This document shows positions 41,501 to 52,200 of a stretch of 64,000 nt of DNA, in pieces. The notes under the pieces were generated by a model. That model had not been told where the DNA came from. It was given only the letters and a program-made list of their open reading frames with translations, and searched no databases. Source of the DNA: Macrostomum lignano (Eukaryota); NCBI GenBank assembly GCA_002269645.1, contig NIVC01000006.1:496001-560000 (forward strand), written 5' to 3'. Position numbers and translations under genes: made by a program. Numbering within the stretch: position 1 is the first letter of the stretch; each line of letters opens with the position of its first letter.

Positions 41501-42187
41501 ATATTGAACAGATCCCTTATTGGTTCAGACCCTTCAATAGCAGTCTCTTAGGTCAACATTTTGTTAGCCTAATCGAATTGAATTAAAAATCACCAAGCAA
41601 CATCAGAACAAGAAATATTTCGCTAGCTTAAGGCTGGGCACAGTCAATAAGACACTGGGCGGACCTACAAGTGTCACTCACGCTTTGAGGTGCTAACTGA
41701 AGATTTGTTATAACGAGACTTAGCAGGATGGCTGCAGGCCCGTCATTTCCTGCCACAGAATGTACACAGCATGATCAATGACGCGTTTCGAGAAATTTCT
41801 TGCACAAGAGTTACCATCATCCTTGGGATTCCTTGCACTAGCTGGTCTCATTGTGAAGAAAAATTAAGCAATTCGCAATTTTCATAATTTTTATTCGTAC
41901 TACTGACGAAGCTTACAATATAAGTAGGCTGCATGAATTTTAATTATTTTTTGTAGTCGGAACCATCGTTGAGCATTCTGGGTATATTCTGTGATTTCCA
42001 GTATACTATAGGTGCAAACTAAAATAAAATTTCGCGATGAGACGTTAGATTTTGTTTGACTACAGTGAGTTTCCGAATTTGTAGGAAAACCTCTAAATGA
42101 TTATCTCAGTTGATTGTAGTCCCAATAACTTAGGAAGTGGCCAATCTGGTGATATCTGAGAAGTTGACTGACTTATCTATGAACTAG

Positions 42188-44012
42188 TCACTGTGTCCGC
42201 CGCCGCAGTCGACTTCTGCCGCCTCCAGCAGCCACCTGCACAGCTCCAGCCGCGGTGGAGATCAGCCAGCCAATCACGCAAGCCGCCGGGCCAGCGCGAG
42301 CCTGGCAACGACGCCACTCGAAGCGTCCCTGGCGAACGCATCTCTCCAGGTTGGCCTCGAGACAGCCGATCATCGATGCCAGAGCCAGGTGGAGGAAGAA
42401 CACGCTGGCTAGGATGCACCCGGCGCCAAGGCATAGTACTGCGGACCACGCGAAGGTCATCACTGACAGCGGCCGGACCAGTAGTTGAGCAAAAATAGCC
42501 AAGAGCACGATAGATGCCACTAGGACGCCGAGTTTTTCCCGAACCGACACGGTCTGTTCGTCGCTAGACGATGCAGTACGCGACTTTGGTAGATTTTTTT
42601 GCTTGCGCTGGACGAAGCGCCACGACTGCAGGCCGCATCCGCTGGTTCGATCCTCGAAGCCGCATCGTTGCAGGCTCTGTCTGAGAAGAGCGCTCGGTGG
42701 TGCACCTGCCGTTACGACGTACAGCCTGCAATGCAGGCGCTGCAACTCGCGCCAGACGTTGCGCGAGGCTTGCAGTGCGCTGCGCTGGCTGAGGAACCCG
42801 ATCAGGGCCGGCGGGTCCTGGCCGAGGTCGCGCGCTTGAAACGTTGCAGCCAGACGAAGGTCTTCGGCGGTCACTGGACGAGACGACAAGCGCATGGACT
42901 CGACGCGACAGCCCCTAGTCAGGCCCGAGGTCAGGATGGCCTCTCGGAGGAATTCCAAGTGCGGCAGCAGCGCGGGCTCTTCGCAAAAGCAGACGACAGC
43001 CAGTCGGAGCTGCTGGTCAGCTTCAGACAGAGCGGCAATGACTGCAACGAGGTCGCACCAGCTGTCCGCTCCGTGGAAGTGCAGTGAGAATGCCTGGATT
43101 GGATTGGAAGATTGAGATAGTCGATTATTTTATGACAAAAATTACAACGGTAACGCTGCAGCAGCTTTGGGCTCATGCTCGAAAATTGACTCGTGCGATT
43201 TAAGCCCCTCAAAGTCGGCCCCTCTTTGTGAGCTTATACGAGCGTAATGACTGCTTGCCTTCACGCTGGCTGCTGGTCGACTGCAGCATTGAATCATGGC
43301 AAAGCCGAAACCCCCTGCAACAAGCAAGCCAAAGATGAGCACCCAACTGCTAACTGTCGATCGACACAAAATTTTCAAGTTGAACCATTCACCAGAGACC
43401 TAGTGTTGCATCCGAAATTAGGCTCACCTTTTCTTCGCAACTACAGTCGACCTGTTCGGCATCAGCTCCACTAAAATCGCCCACCAATTCGGCCGCTTTC
43501 AACGCTAGATAGGCTCTTGTAACATCCGGTCGGAAGCGCTGTCTCAGGTGTCGCAGCGTCAACTCGTTGCCGCAGCCGTTTGTCTTCTGACCGTGGCCGT
43601 TACTGCAGCCGCCGCCCGTGGGACACCAGCGCAGAGAGTTCACGTAGCGGCGCAGAGTCTCGGCGTCAACTGGGCCGGATGAGCTGCCGCCAGGTCGCCA
43701 CGCGGTTTGTTCGTCGTCCGTTTCGTCCTCATCGCCGCTGAAGCCAAGCTGATGAAGCTTCGGTCCATTCTTATTGCCCTTTCTGTTGTTGTTGTTGTTA
43801 TTATTGTCGTTGTTTGTGAGCATCAACAGCAGTTGGTCCAGCTGCGCCTCGATGCTTGACGCCACAAAGTCGATGAGGTCCAAACCGCAGCCCTCGTTGG
43901 TGCCGAATTTAGCGGCAGACGAGCACAAATGATTGGACGCCCGAGTTTGAGTCAGGTTCAACTGCAGCATTGCGCCGTGTGAAGCTGCAGTGTGAGCAGC
44001 CTGTCTGTTCAA
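42188..44012 (-). CDS. Uncharacterised protein, about 480-500 aa, with two predicted C-terminal transmembrane helices (2 exons)
   Basis: Exons 43428-44012 and 42188-43093, joined by AAG/GTGAGC...CCAG in phase 0. GC-rich coding-like composition; poly-Asn tract; hydrophobic LGVLVASIVLLAIFAQLLV and AWSAVLCLGAGCILASVFFLHLALASMIGCL. Start (TTG 44012 or ATG about 43970) and exon model uncertain. Confidence 0.6.
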
Positions 44013-44120
44013 TGTTTTGAAAGATTGAAGACGTTTTGGTTTTGTTCTTCATTTTTTAAATGAACTCAGCAGTCTGTTTCGATTTGGGTTCCGCTAACGT
44101 ATTACGTGACTAATTAAAGT

Positions 44121-44574
44121 CAGGGGCGTTGCCATGGATTTTTTGATGGGGGGGACAAAGCTAGGAATTCAACATGTACGTGTACATGACTAAAATCCTA
44201 CATGTCCATTATTTTCAGAATCGGTTTTGTCAGCGCTCATTTTAGCGCCGCAGGCACTCATTTTAGCGCCACAAGCACTCATTTCAGCGCCACAAGCACT
44301 CATTTTAGCGCCTCAGGCACTCATTCTAGCGCCTCAGGCACTCATTTTAGCGTCGCAGGCACTCATTTTAGCGCCACAAGCACTCATTTCAGCGCCTCAG
44401 GCACTCACTTTGGAGCCGATGGTGCTTTATTTTAGCGCCCGGAAGAAAAATTATTGATTATCACGACACGTCACAAGGTGAGGTGGGAGGAGGACAAAGC
44501 ATTGGTATGTCCCCCAATAGCTTTTACTGGGGAGCGGATATGTCCCCCCTGTCCCCCCGGTGGCGACGCGCCTG
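44121..44574. mobile_element. hAT-type MITE, copy 2 (454 bp)
   Basis: CAGGGGCGTTGCCA...TGGCGACGCGCCTG; perfect 8-bp TSD ATTAAAGT (44113-44120, 44575-44582); same family as 26394-26784. Confidence 0.9.
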
Positions 44575-45815
44575 ATTAAAGTAAAGTACAGTTGGGCAAC
44601 GAGCGAGTCGTCAAATTAATGATAGGCATGCCATGATTTTTTGCATGGTTAGCGTCAGTTTCAAATGCATTCGGAATTGTAGATTTTTGCACATAGTTAC
44701 AAAATTCCATACATTTAGAATTTTTAATTAATCGTTACCGTGTTTCCTGCACATAATAATACTAGAAGATTAAAAATCAACAATAATATTCGCAGCTGGA
44801 GATCTGTGGGCACCCTGCTGCATGGCGCAACGCCAGCTTTAGGACATCGTCCCCACAAAAACAGCAACTGACAGTAATTCAGCCCATTCCACCGTGTGCA
44901 TACTCGTAGCTTGAAAATACGGCGCTTACCAGTTGCTTGCAGAATCCAGACAAACTATATCGAATGAACTATTCAATTCAGATTTGAAACCAACAGAAAT
45001 TCATTGTCCGCATAGCTATTTCAGCTTTTTTCTATTTCAGTTGCAGATTTTCTTGGCTCGTATTCAATACAATTGTTAACTGATCGAAACGTCGAGAATC
45101 GACCAGAATCAGACTGCAGTACCAGTGTAGCAACTGCAGGTCCTCAACTTCAGCAAACAGCCTGACTTTTATAATTATTACTTCTCGGCAATGCTAGACT
45201 CTCAGAGAAAAGCCGCTCTCTCTGCAAAATCCAAACGCTAAAAAAGTTCTAGAGAGCAATGGCTGCAGTATAGTCTGTCCTATGTGCAAGCAAGCGAATC
45301 GATTTTCCTTTCCACGATCGGCTTGCTTGAATAGAAGTCAGTAGCGCGCGTAGATCTGAGCTCTCAACTCGGCCCCAAGCCTGTACGGACACCCGATCAA
45401 CCTCCCAATTGACTCCCCGAGAGCAATAAAAATCGATCAGTCCTGCTCTGGGCGAACAAAAGCTTTAGAAATACCAGGGACTAAAAACGGACCAAGTGGG
45501 AGGAGTTGTCGTGTGTTTTGTTAAGCCAAGCGTCGATCGCACCGCGGTCTTGATCTGAGCGAGTAGTAGTACGCACACGTGGATTTCTTTGCTGGTTTTA
45601 ATTTTTACCATATATGTTTATTTCTCTAGGGCAGTCGATCTACTGCATTTCTAGAATCCAGTAGCAGTGTTTATGCATTTTTGGACTACGTGCAGATAGC
45701 TAAATATATTCAAAAGCAAAATGCTTTGAAATTTACTAGTTGTTGCGTGCAAAATTATAAATTAATTTATAATGCATGCAAATTTTCATGTCTCAGAGAT
45801 CGACTATGCCAGCTT

Positions 45816-46323
45816 AGGGTCGTTTCACAAACCCTAATTTTCACAACCTCGAAACCAGAACCTATATTTCATAAAACCTAATTTTCACAACGTCGAAAGT
45901 AATCAATGCAGCAGATTTGATCACAATACCTAAATTTCTCAAGGCCTAAATTTCACAACACCTAAAAGGCATGCACAGAATTTCACAAGCCCTAAATTTC
46001 ACAAGCCTTAACTTTCACAAGACCTAAATTTCACAAAAGCTCTAAATTTCACAACGTCTAAAAGCGCTATGGAGATACAGAAAGATTGTAGAAGAAAGAT
46101 TGTATTTCCATAGTGCATGTTTTTAGGCGTTGTGAAATTTAGTAGGGCTTGTGAAATTTAGGGCGTTGTGATCATTTAGGGCTTGTGAAATTATCGTTTA
46201 ATGCAGTCTGGATGCAAGTTTTGTTTTCGACGTTGTGAAATGTAGAGCTTTTGTGAAATTTAGGGCTTGTGAAAGTTTGTGTCTTGCGACGTTGTGAAAT
46301 TTAGGGTTTGTGAAAGCGACCCT
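45816..46323. mobile_element. Palindromic MITE with TTTCACAA subterminal repeats
   Basis: About 35-bp TIRs AGGGTCG(C)TTTCACAAACCCTAA; AATTTCACAA motifs in the left half are mirrored as TTGTGAAATT in the right half; no clear TSD. Confidence 0.7.
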
Positions 46324-46418
46324 CGTTCATGCAGGCTGAAAATCGAAGAAGTCTGGCAGTGCGAGCTGAACCAAAAAACCGCCCTTTTTGCTACTTTGAT
46401 AGGGTTTTTACAGCGTAC

Positions 46419-46840
46419 TGTAACGGTTTGGAAATTCTGTAATTCATATCTAGTTTATTTACATGGTGTATTTTAACTTTATTCAAATCCTTAGCTGTTT
46501 AGATTACGTGCGTAATTTATTCTAGGGTTTAATATTACGTATTTTGTTAATTTGGTTTCCGTTTCCAAGAAATGCGACTCATAATTTTAACATGTAAGTT
46601 CTAGTCTTTTTCTGTAAGCGTGTGGCAGCCTGGGACGTAGATCAACCTAGCATGTACGTGAGATACAATAATTATAATCAGAGCCGATCACCAGTGTACG
46701 CATTCATACTAAGACAGTAAGATTTCTTATGCTCCGAGTATAGTAAATCGTCCAGGACTGACAGACGTATCTGCTGAACCATATACGTTGCTAATACTCT
46801 CTCTTCGCTAGTAATAATTAAATATACCGGACTCGTTACA
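46419..46840 (+). repeat. 5' LTR of element B (422 bp)
   Basis: TGTAACGGTTTGG...GGACTCGTTACA. Confidence 0.97.
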
Positions 46841-46846
46841 TCAATT

Positions 46847-46859
46847 TGGAGGTCCCACC
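46847..46859 (+). promoter_or_regulatory. Primer-binding site of element B, probably tRNA-Gln
   Basis: TGGAGGTCCCACC six nt after the LTR; complementary to the GGTGGGACCT-CCA 3' end of eukaryotic tRNA-Gln (from recall). Confidence 0.8.
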
Positions 46860-47471
46860 ACTGAACTCTTCATATCAGTCATCATCATCAGGAGTCCGTC
46901 AGCATTCAGGCTCCCATCCTCATCAGGCACTGCGACACGAGAATTTTGGCCGGGTACACAATAGCCATCTGCAACCGCAACCAGGTCCTACACTACAGTA
47001 TTGCGGCGAGGCTGAGGCAGCACAATTTCGTTTCAACTTGTCTAAAACCGCGTGAGTCAGCTCTACATCTAGACCCAAGGCCAAGCGAAAACAGTCAATA
47101 CGCTCGTAGCTACGGCGCGTCAAAACCCCAGCCGGTCAACTCAGCGTAAACAACACTCAACTGTTCTGAGGTCCGTATAAGCTGCCGACTGAACCGCGAG
47201 ACCACCACCCCAGCGGCAGCCACCCCTAAAGGCCACAGCCAATCCGGTCCAAGCGGCAGTACGGCAGGACGGCAGTCTGTACATTGTACTCCACGGCCAA
47301 TAACCTCCAAGAGTTTCATCACAGTTGTGAGTGTGGTTGCTTCATTTTGGGCTGTTTAGCTGAGCTTACCTGGCTGTTCAAAGGTGTGTACGCGTGTAGG
47401 TTTTTTTCTTCCTTTCCTCTCTGTAATCTTAGTCTTCACTTTGCACTGGCACACCTCTTTTTTCTCTCAAT

Positions 47472-49250
47472 ATGTCTGTAGAGCAATCAGCCACTGGAAC
47501 TCAAGGCGCACCTCTGGTGGGTGAACCCATAAAGCTGCCTGAGACTGAGAAGGCTCAAAATGAAGCCGAGTTAAACCAAATTGCTACTGAGAGTAGCGTG
47601 GGTGCTATTTTAGGAAGTCTTGACAGAACGCTGGGCAACTTGGATGCCAAGCTTGACTATGCGAGAGTGCCTGAGGCAAAGCTGAAAGCCCCACCTTGCT
47701 ACCACCCTAAAATCAGATTTGAGCTCTGGGAGACACAACTCCGGGCCTATTTAAGCGTTAACAGAGTTCAGCGGGAGCACTGTGGCGGTGTTCTTTTCTC
47801 TCTACTATCACCAGAAGTCCAAGAGTTTTACTACAATAGCAAACTACAGGATCTAGCGTTTCCAGCAGCATTAGAAGCTCTCCGCGAGCGGTACACGGAC
47901 TCTAGCAGTGCCGATAAATTTTACATTGAGCTGACAGTTGCCCACCAAGCTGATGGCGAAGGAATTCAAGAATTCTGTGACCGTCTTGTAGCCCTAGCCA
48001 CCGCAGCTAAAATTTCTGCTCCACACAGCGATCCATTGGTTCGGTCACGTTTTTGTTATGGAGTTCTAGACAAAAATCTAGCTGAGAAACTAATTACAAT
48101 GACCCAGGAGTCACCCAAAGCAACCCTTCAAGACCTCCTGAAGAAAGCCAAAAGTTTTCTAGACATTCAGAAGCTGCTGAAACCGACTGAGACAAGCAAG
48201 ATCCGGCAGTTAGAAGTAGACGAGATAAGCCGACTCAAAAACAGGATCCAAGAACTTGAGACAGAAGCCAAGCAGAGGGGCAAGTTCGAACACGAATTTA
48301 ATAGCCAGCCTACTGGGGGATTTAGACCACAGGCTTTGCACACTGCCACTGATAAACCACCGAGGTACAATGCGCCTATCACGGGCAGGCACGCAGGCAA
48401 GCGGCACTGCTTCAGGTGCGGTTCAGCTGATCACCTGGTAGCAGAGTGCCCTGGCTCAGGTGCACCTGAAAACGGTAAATTTTCATGGCGCCACCCGAGG
48501 CAGCCCACACAGAAAGGCTCAGCTAAAGTGGAAAAAGAGCTGGGTAGAATTTCCTACTGGTCAAATGCCTACGGATTCATCCAGTCTCTGCCTCTGGGAG
48601 ATTCTGTTTTCGTACACTTCTCGCAGCTCAGCAGCGAGTTAAAGGATCTTGTCCCCGCCCATCAGATTGTCGGAGCGCCCGTAGAGTTTATCCGGCTAGC
48701 CGACAAGGGCAAGAAAAACGACCGTGCTGTTGATGTTGTGTGTAGTAACCAGGATGTCCGGTGCAGCCAAACCGTGTCTAGGGCAGAATCCTCCAGCTCC
48801 GGGTACTACCTGCAGGCCACTGTGGGAGACATTAAGCTGATTGGGTGTCTAGATAGTGGTTCAAATGCGTCCATCATCAGCCCAGAAATTCGGGACAAAC
48901 TGTTAGCAGCCGATCCTATCAATAATCGCTTCACGGCCGCAACTACAGTGCAGTCAGCTTCGGGATTCAATGGTGCCTCCAGCCGAATCCTTGGCAAGTT
49001 AGTTTGCGAGGTTCAAGTAGCGAATGAGACAAAGCCGCACGTTTTCCTAGTCATAGAACACTCGATCTCCGACACTCTCTTTGGGATCGACTTCATGCGG
49101 AATTTCCAGATTAATTTATTGGTGGCAGAGGGTCGAGCGACGGCTGGGGTGAGCTTATTCCTGTCATCGAAGGGGACAGTAGCATCTTCCAAGTCAAGAG
49201 AGTGCTGGCGGCTTGCAATGTCGAACTCCCGCCCAGGTCGGAGACTCTAA
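47472..49250 (+). CDS. gag: Element B ORF1: Gag (capsid, CCHC knuckle), cold-shock domain, aspartic protease
   Basis: HQADGEGIQEFCDRL capsid motif; CFRCGSADHLVAEC (48408-48449); CSD-like ELGRISYWSNAYGFIQ..DSVFVHFSQL..GAPVEF..AVDV (48537-48740); protease CLDSGSNASII...TLFGIDFM. Confidence 0.92.
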   Translation: MSVEQSATGTQGAPLVGEPIKLPETEKAQNEAELNQIATESSVGAILGSLDRTLGNLDAKLDYARVPEAKLKAPPCYHPKIRFELWETQLRAYLSVNRVQREHCGGVLFSLLSPEVQEFYYNSKLQDLAFPAALEALRERYTDSSSADKFYIELTVAHQADGEGIQEFCDRLVALATAAKISAPHSDPLVRSRFCYGVLDKNLAEKLITMTQESPKATLQDLLKKAKSFLDIQKLLKPTETSKIRQLEVDEISRLKNRIQELETEAKQRGKFEHEFNSQPTGGFRPQALHTATDKPPRYNAPITGRHAGKRHCFRCGSADHLVAECPGSGAPENGKFSWRHPRQPTQKGSAKVEKELGRISYWSNAYGFIQSLPLGDSVFVHFSQLSSELKDLVPAHQIVGAPVEFIRLADKGKKNDRAVDVVCSNQDVRCSQTVSRAESSSSGYYLQATVGDIKLIGCLDSGSNASIISPEIRDKLLAADPINNRFTAATTVQSASGFNGASSRILGKLVCEVQVANETKPHVFLVIEHSISDTLFGIDFMRNFQINLLVAEGRATAGVSLFLSSKGTVASSKSRECWRLAMSNSRPGRRL

Positions 49251-52200
49251 TCCCTGGGAGGGTGATAGACAGTCAGCCTAACACCTGCGGCTCCGTGGGT
49301 GGCAAGATTTTTGCGAACGACTCGAGCCTCTTAATAGCACACTCGGTAGACCAAGTAAACAGTTCCAATCACATCTTGCTGCGGGTCTTAAACACCAGTG
49401 AAGAACCAGTATCACTCAGAAGAGAAGATGAAATGGGATCCTTCCAGCAGTTGGGGCCAAACGAGACAATCAGTAAAACTTCAATTTCTGAAAAAGACTT
49501 TAAAATCGAAAACACTGATCAGCTCCTTAGAAAACTCAATCAGCTGCCTAGTCCAGATGAAGGTACAGCGAAGTGGCTATCAAACCAGTTTCGCCTAACG
49601 GATTCCAAACTCAGCGAGGAACAGTTGGGAACTACACTGAAAATGCTTAACTATTTCTTAAGTCAAATCTCTCGTAGTGAGCACGATATCTCGAGAACCC
49701 AATTGCATGAACTAGCTATCGAACTGAAAGACCCTAGCTGTAGGCCGATCACGCAGCCATCACGCCGCACCACCCCGGCTCAAAAAGATTTCCTTGACAA
49801 ATATATAGAACAGCTAGTGGAGCAGGGCATAGTAGAAGAGTGTGATTCCGAGTGGGCCTCACCAATTGTCTTAGTCAAAAAGAAGGACCAGTCTTACAGA
49901 ATGTGTGTTGACTACAGAGCGGTCAACAAGCTAATAAAGCCGTGTAGCTTTCCGCTCCCATTAATGGATGAAACGTTTGATAGCCTTGCCGACTCTACCA
50001 TCTTTTCAACACTAGATTTAACAAGTGCATACTGGCAGGTAGGAATTAGAGAGCAAGACCGAGACATTACGGCTTTTTCTTGCCCCCAGGGCACATTCCG
50101 TTGGCGAGTTGTGCCATACGGTATCAAAACGGCACCATCTAACTTTGCTAAGCTGATGCACCGTGTGCTCAAACCCTTGCTGATGAGAGTTAGCCTCGTC
50201 TATCTTGACGACGTCATTATCAAAGCTCGAACTAGTAGCGAAATGATAACAAACCTAGCGCTGGTGTTTTGGCAACTACAAAAGGCAAACCTAAAAATTA
50301 AGCCAGCAAAATGCGAGCTTTTCAGGGAAAAACTAAAGTTTTTAGGATTTGTAGTATCGGCGGATGGAATCGAGACGGACCCCAGCAAAACAGAGGCCGT
50401 CCAGAGTTGGTGTAGGCCAAAGACAGGGAAACAACTCTTGTCATTCTTAAATTTTGCCAACTATTACCGTAAATTTGTGCCAAAATTCTCGATCATAGCA
50501 GCTCCACTGTACGCTATCGCTAACTCCGATAGGTTTCACTGGGAAGAAAAGCACGAAGAAGCTTTCAAACAGTTAAAGGACAGTCTCTGCAATCCTCCAA
50601 CCCTGGCGTACCCGGATATGCGTCCAGAAGCCGGCCCCTTCGTGCTAGACTGTGACAGCTCTGGCCTGGGGGTGGGAGGAGTCCTGTCCCAGGTTGGCAA
50701 AGCTGGTAAAGAGCATGTGATAGCATTCGCTTCGAAGAAGTTCAACAATGCACAAAGAAATTATTGTGCAACAATGCGCGAGCTGCTCGGTTTGATTATC
50801 ATGCTAGAGCAGTTCCGCACTTACCTCTTAGACAGGCCTTTCGTCGTCCGAACTGACGCCGTGGCGCTTAAATGGCTTCATTCCAAAAAACACGCTACGG
50901 GAATGCTAGCCCAGTGGCTTGTGATCCTAGAGCCTTACAACTTTAGCGTTGAGCAGACGCCGCTGGAACGCTTGGCAGACTTTGACTTCTCCGTGGAACA
51001 TAGGCCTGGGGAGAGCCACATTAATGCCGACATTCTCAGTCGCAATCCCAAATTCCGTCCGGACCATTTCGACTGCCCATCTTGCTCTCGTATTCCAGAG
51101 TTTCAGGCCAGGTTCGGATGCCAAAGTAGCGCCGTTAGAGCCGTTAAAATAGGCTGTGCTAAATTAGAAAAGCACGAGGCTTCGACTCAAACCGAAGGTA
51201 CACACTTTTTAGATCAACCAACCATGTGTGAACCCACTAGGAATGATGACCACGGCAATGAGAGCCGGCTTGATAGTTGTCACTCAGTTAGCCAAGCGAT
51301 CCAGACTGATCCATCAGGCACAAACCAGAAAGAAACCTCTGAAGATAGCCAAATTCAAGTGACAAAACCTAAGGTTCAGGTGGCTAAAATTGCAACTAAT
51401 TCTAACAATGACCAAAGTGCGAAGAGTGACAGAACGAGCGGTAGTCATTCCTTCCACATTGGAACCAGCCTAGCGAATCAAGCCGCTGATGATGCAAGCG
51501 AATTAAGCCTACCACAGAGTGAGGCTGATGAGAGAGTAGATGTGGATTGGGTGACGCTGGCACAAGAGTCAAACGTAGATCTGCTGAGAATCAAGCAATC
51601 CGTAGCTGGCTCCGAACCGAAACTTAGCAAACAGGATATTCAAGATTGCAGTCGAGAAATTAAAACTCTCTGGGCTCTGTATAACGAACTGTCAGTTGAA
51701 AATGGCTTGCTCTACCGCACAAAGCCAGCGACGAAGGGCAAACCGAGTGTTAAGCAGTTGATAATTCCCTCGTCTGCAAATTTAGATGAACTAGTAATCA
51801 AGTACCATAGAGCGTGCAACCATTCAGGAGCCAATAAAACCACGGCGGCATTGAAGGCACGTTTCTTGATCTTTGATCTGGAAACTTACGTAAGAGGTAT
51901 CGTTGCCGAATGCGAAACTTGCGCCAGAGTTAAGAAAGGTACAAAGAAGATTAGAGCCCCCCTGCAGCCTACCTTGGCAGGGTATCCCAATCAGGTGGTA
52001 CACGTTGACCATTGTGGACCTTTTCCTGAATCTAATGGTATGCGGTATCTTCTGGTGCTGATTGATCGTTTCACCAGCTTCGTCGAGATTGTCCCGGTGC
52101 CTGATGTCTCAGCAGGAACTACGGCGCTAGCCATCCTCACTGAATGGGTGGTAAGGTATGGGACGATGGAACAGATTGTCTCAGATAACGGCACTGCATT

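Noticed and set aside
38800-42100. Short ORFs at 39137-39424, 39729-39971, 40117-40302 and 41167-41409
   Set aside because: No consistent splice-phase chain or recognisable motif; could be UTR exons or decayed repeats, but unsupported.
48477-48483. AAATTTT as a gag/pol slippery site in element B
   Set aside because: Wrong phase (codons GGT AAA TTT TCA), and CSD and protease continue in the same frame without a shift.
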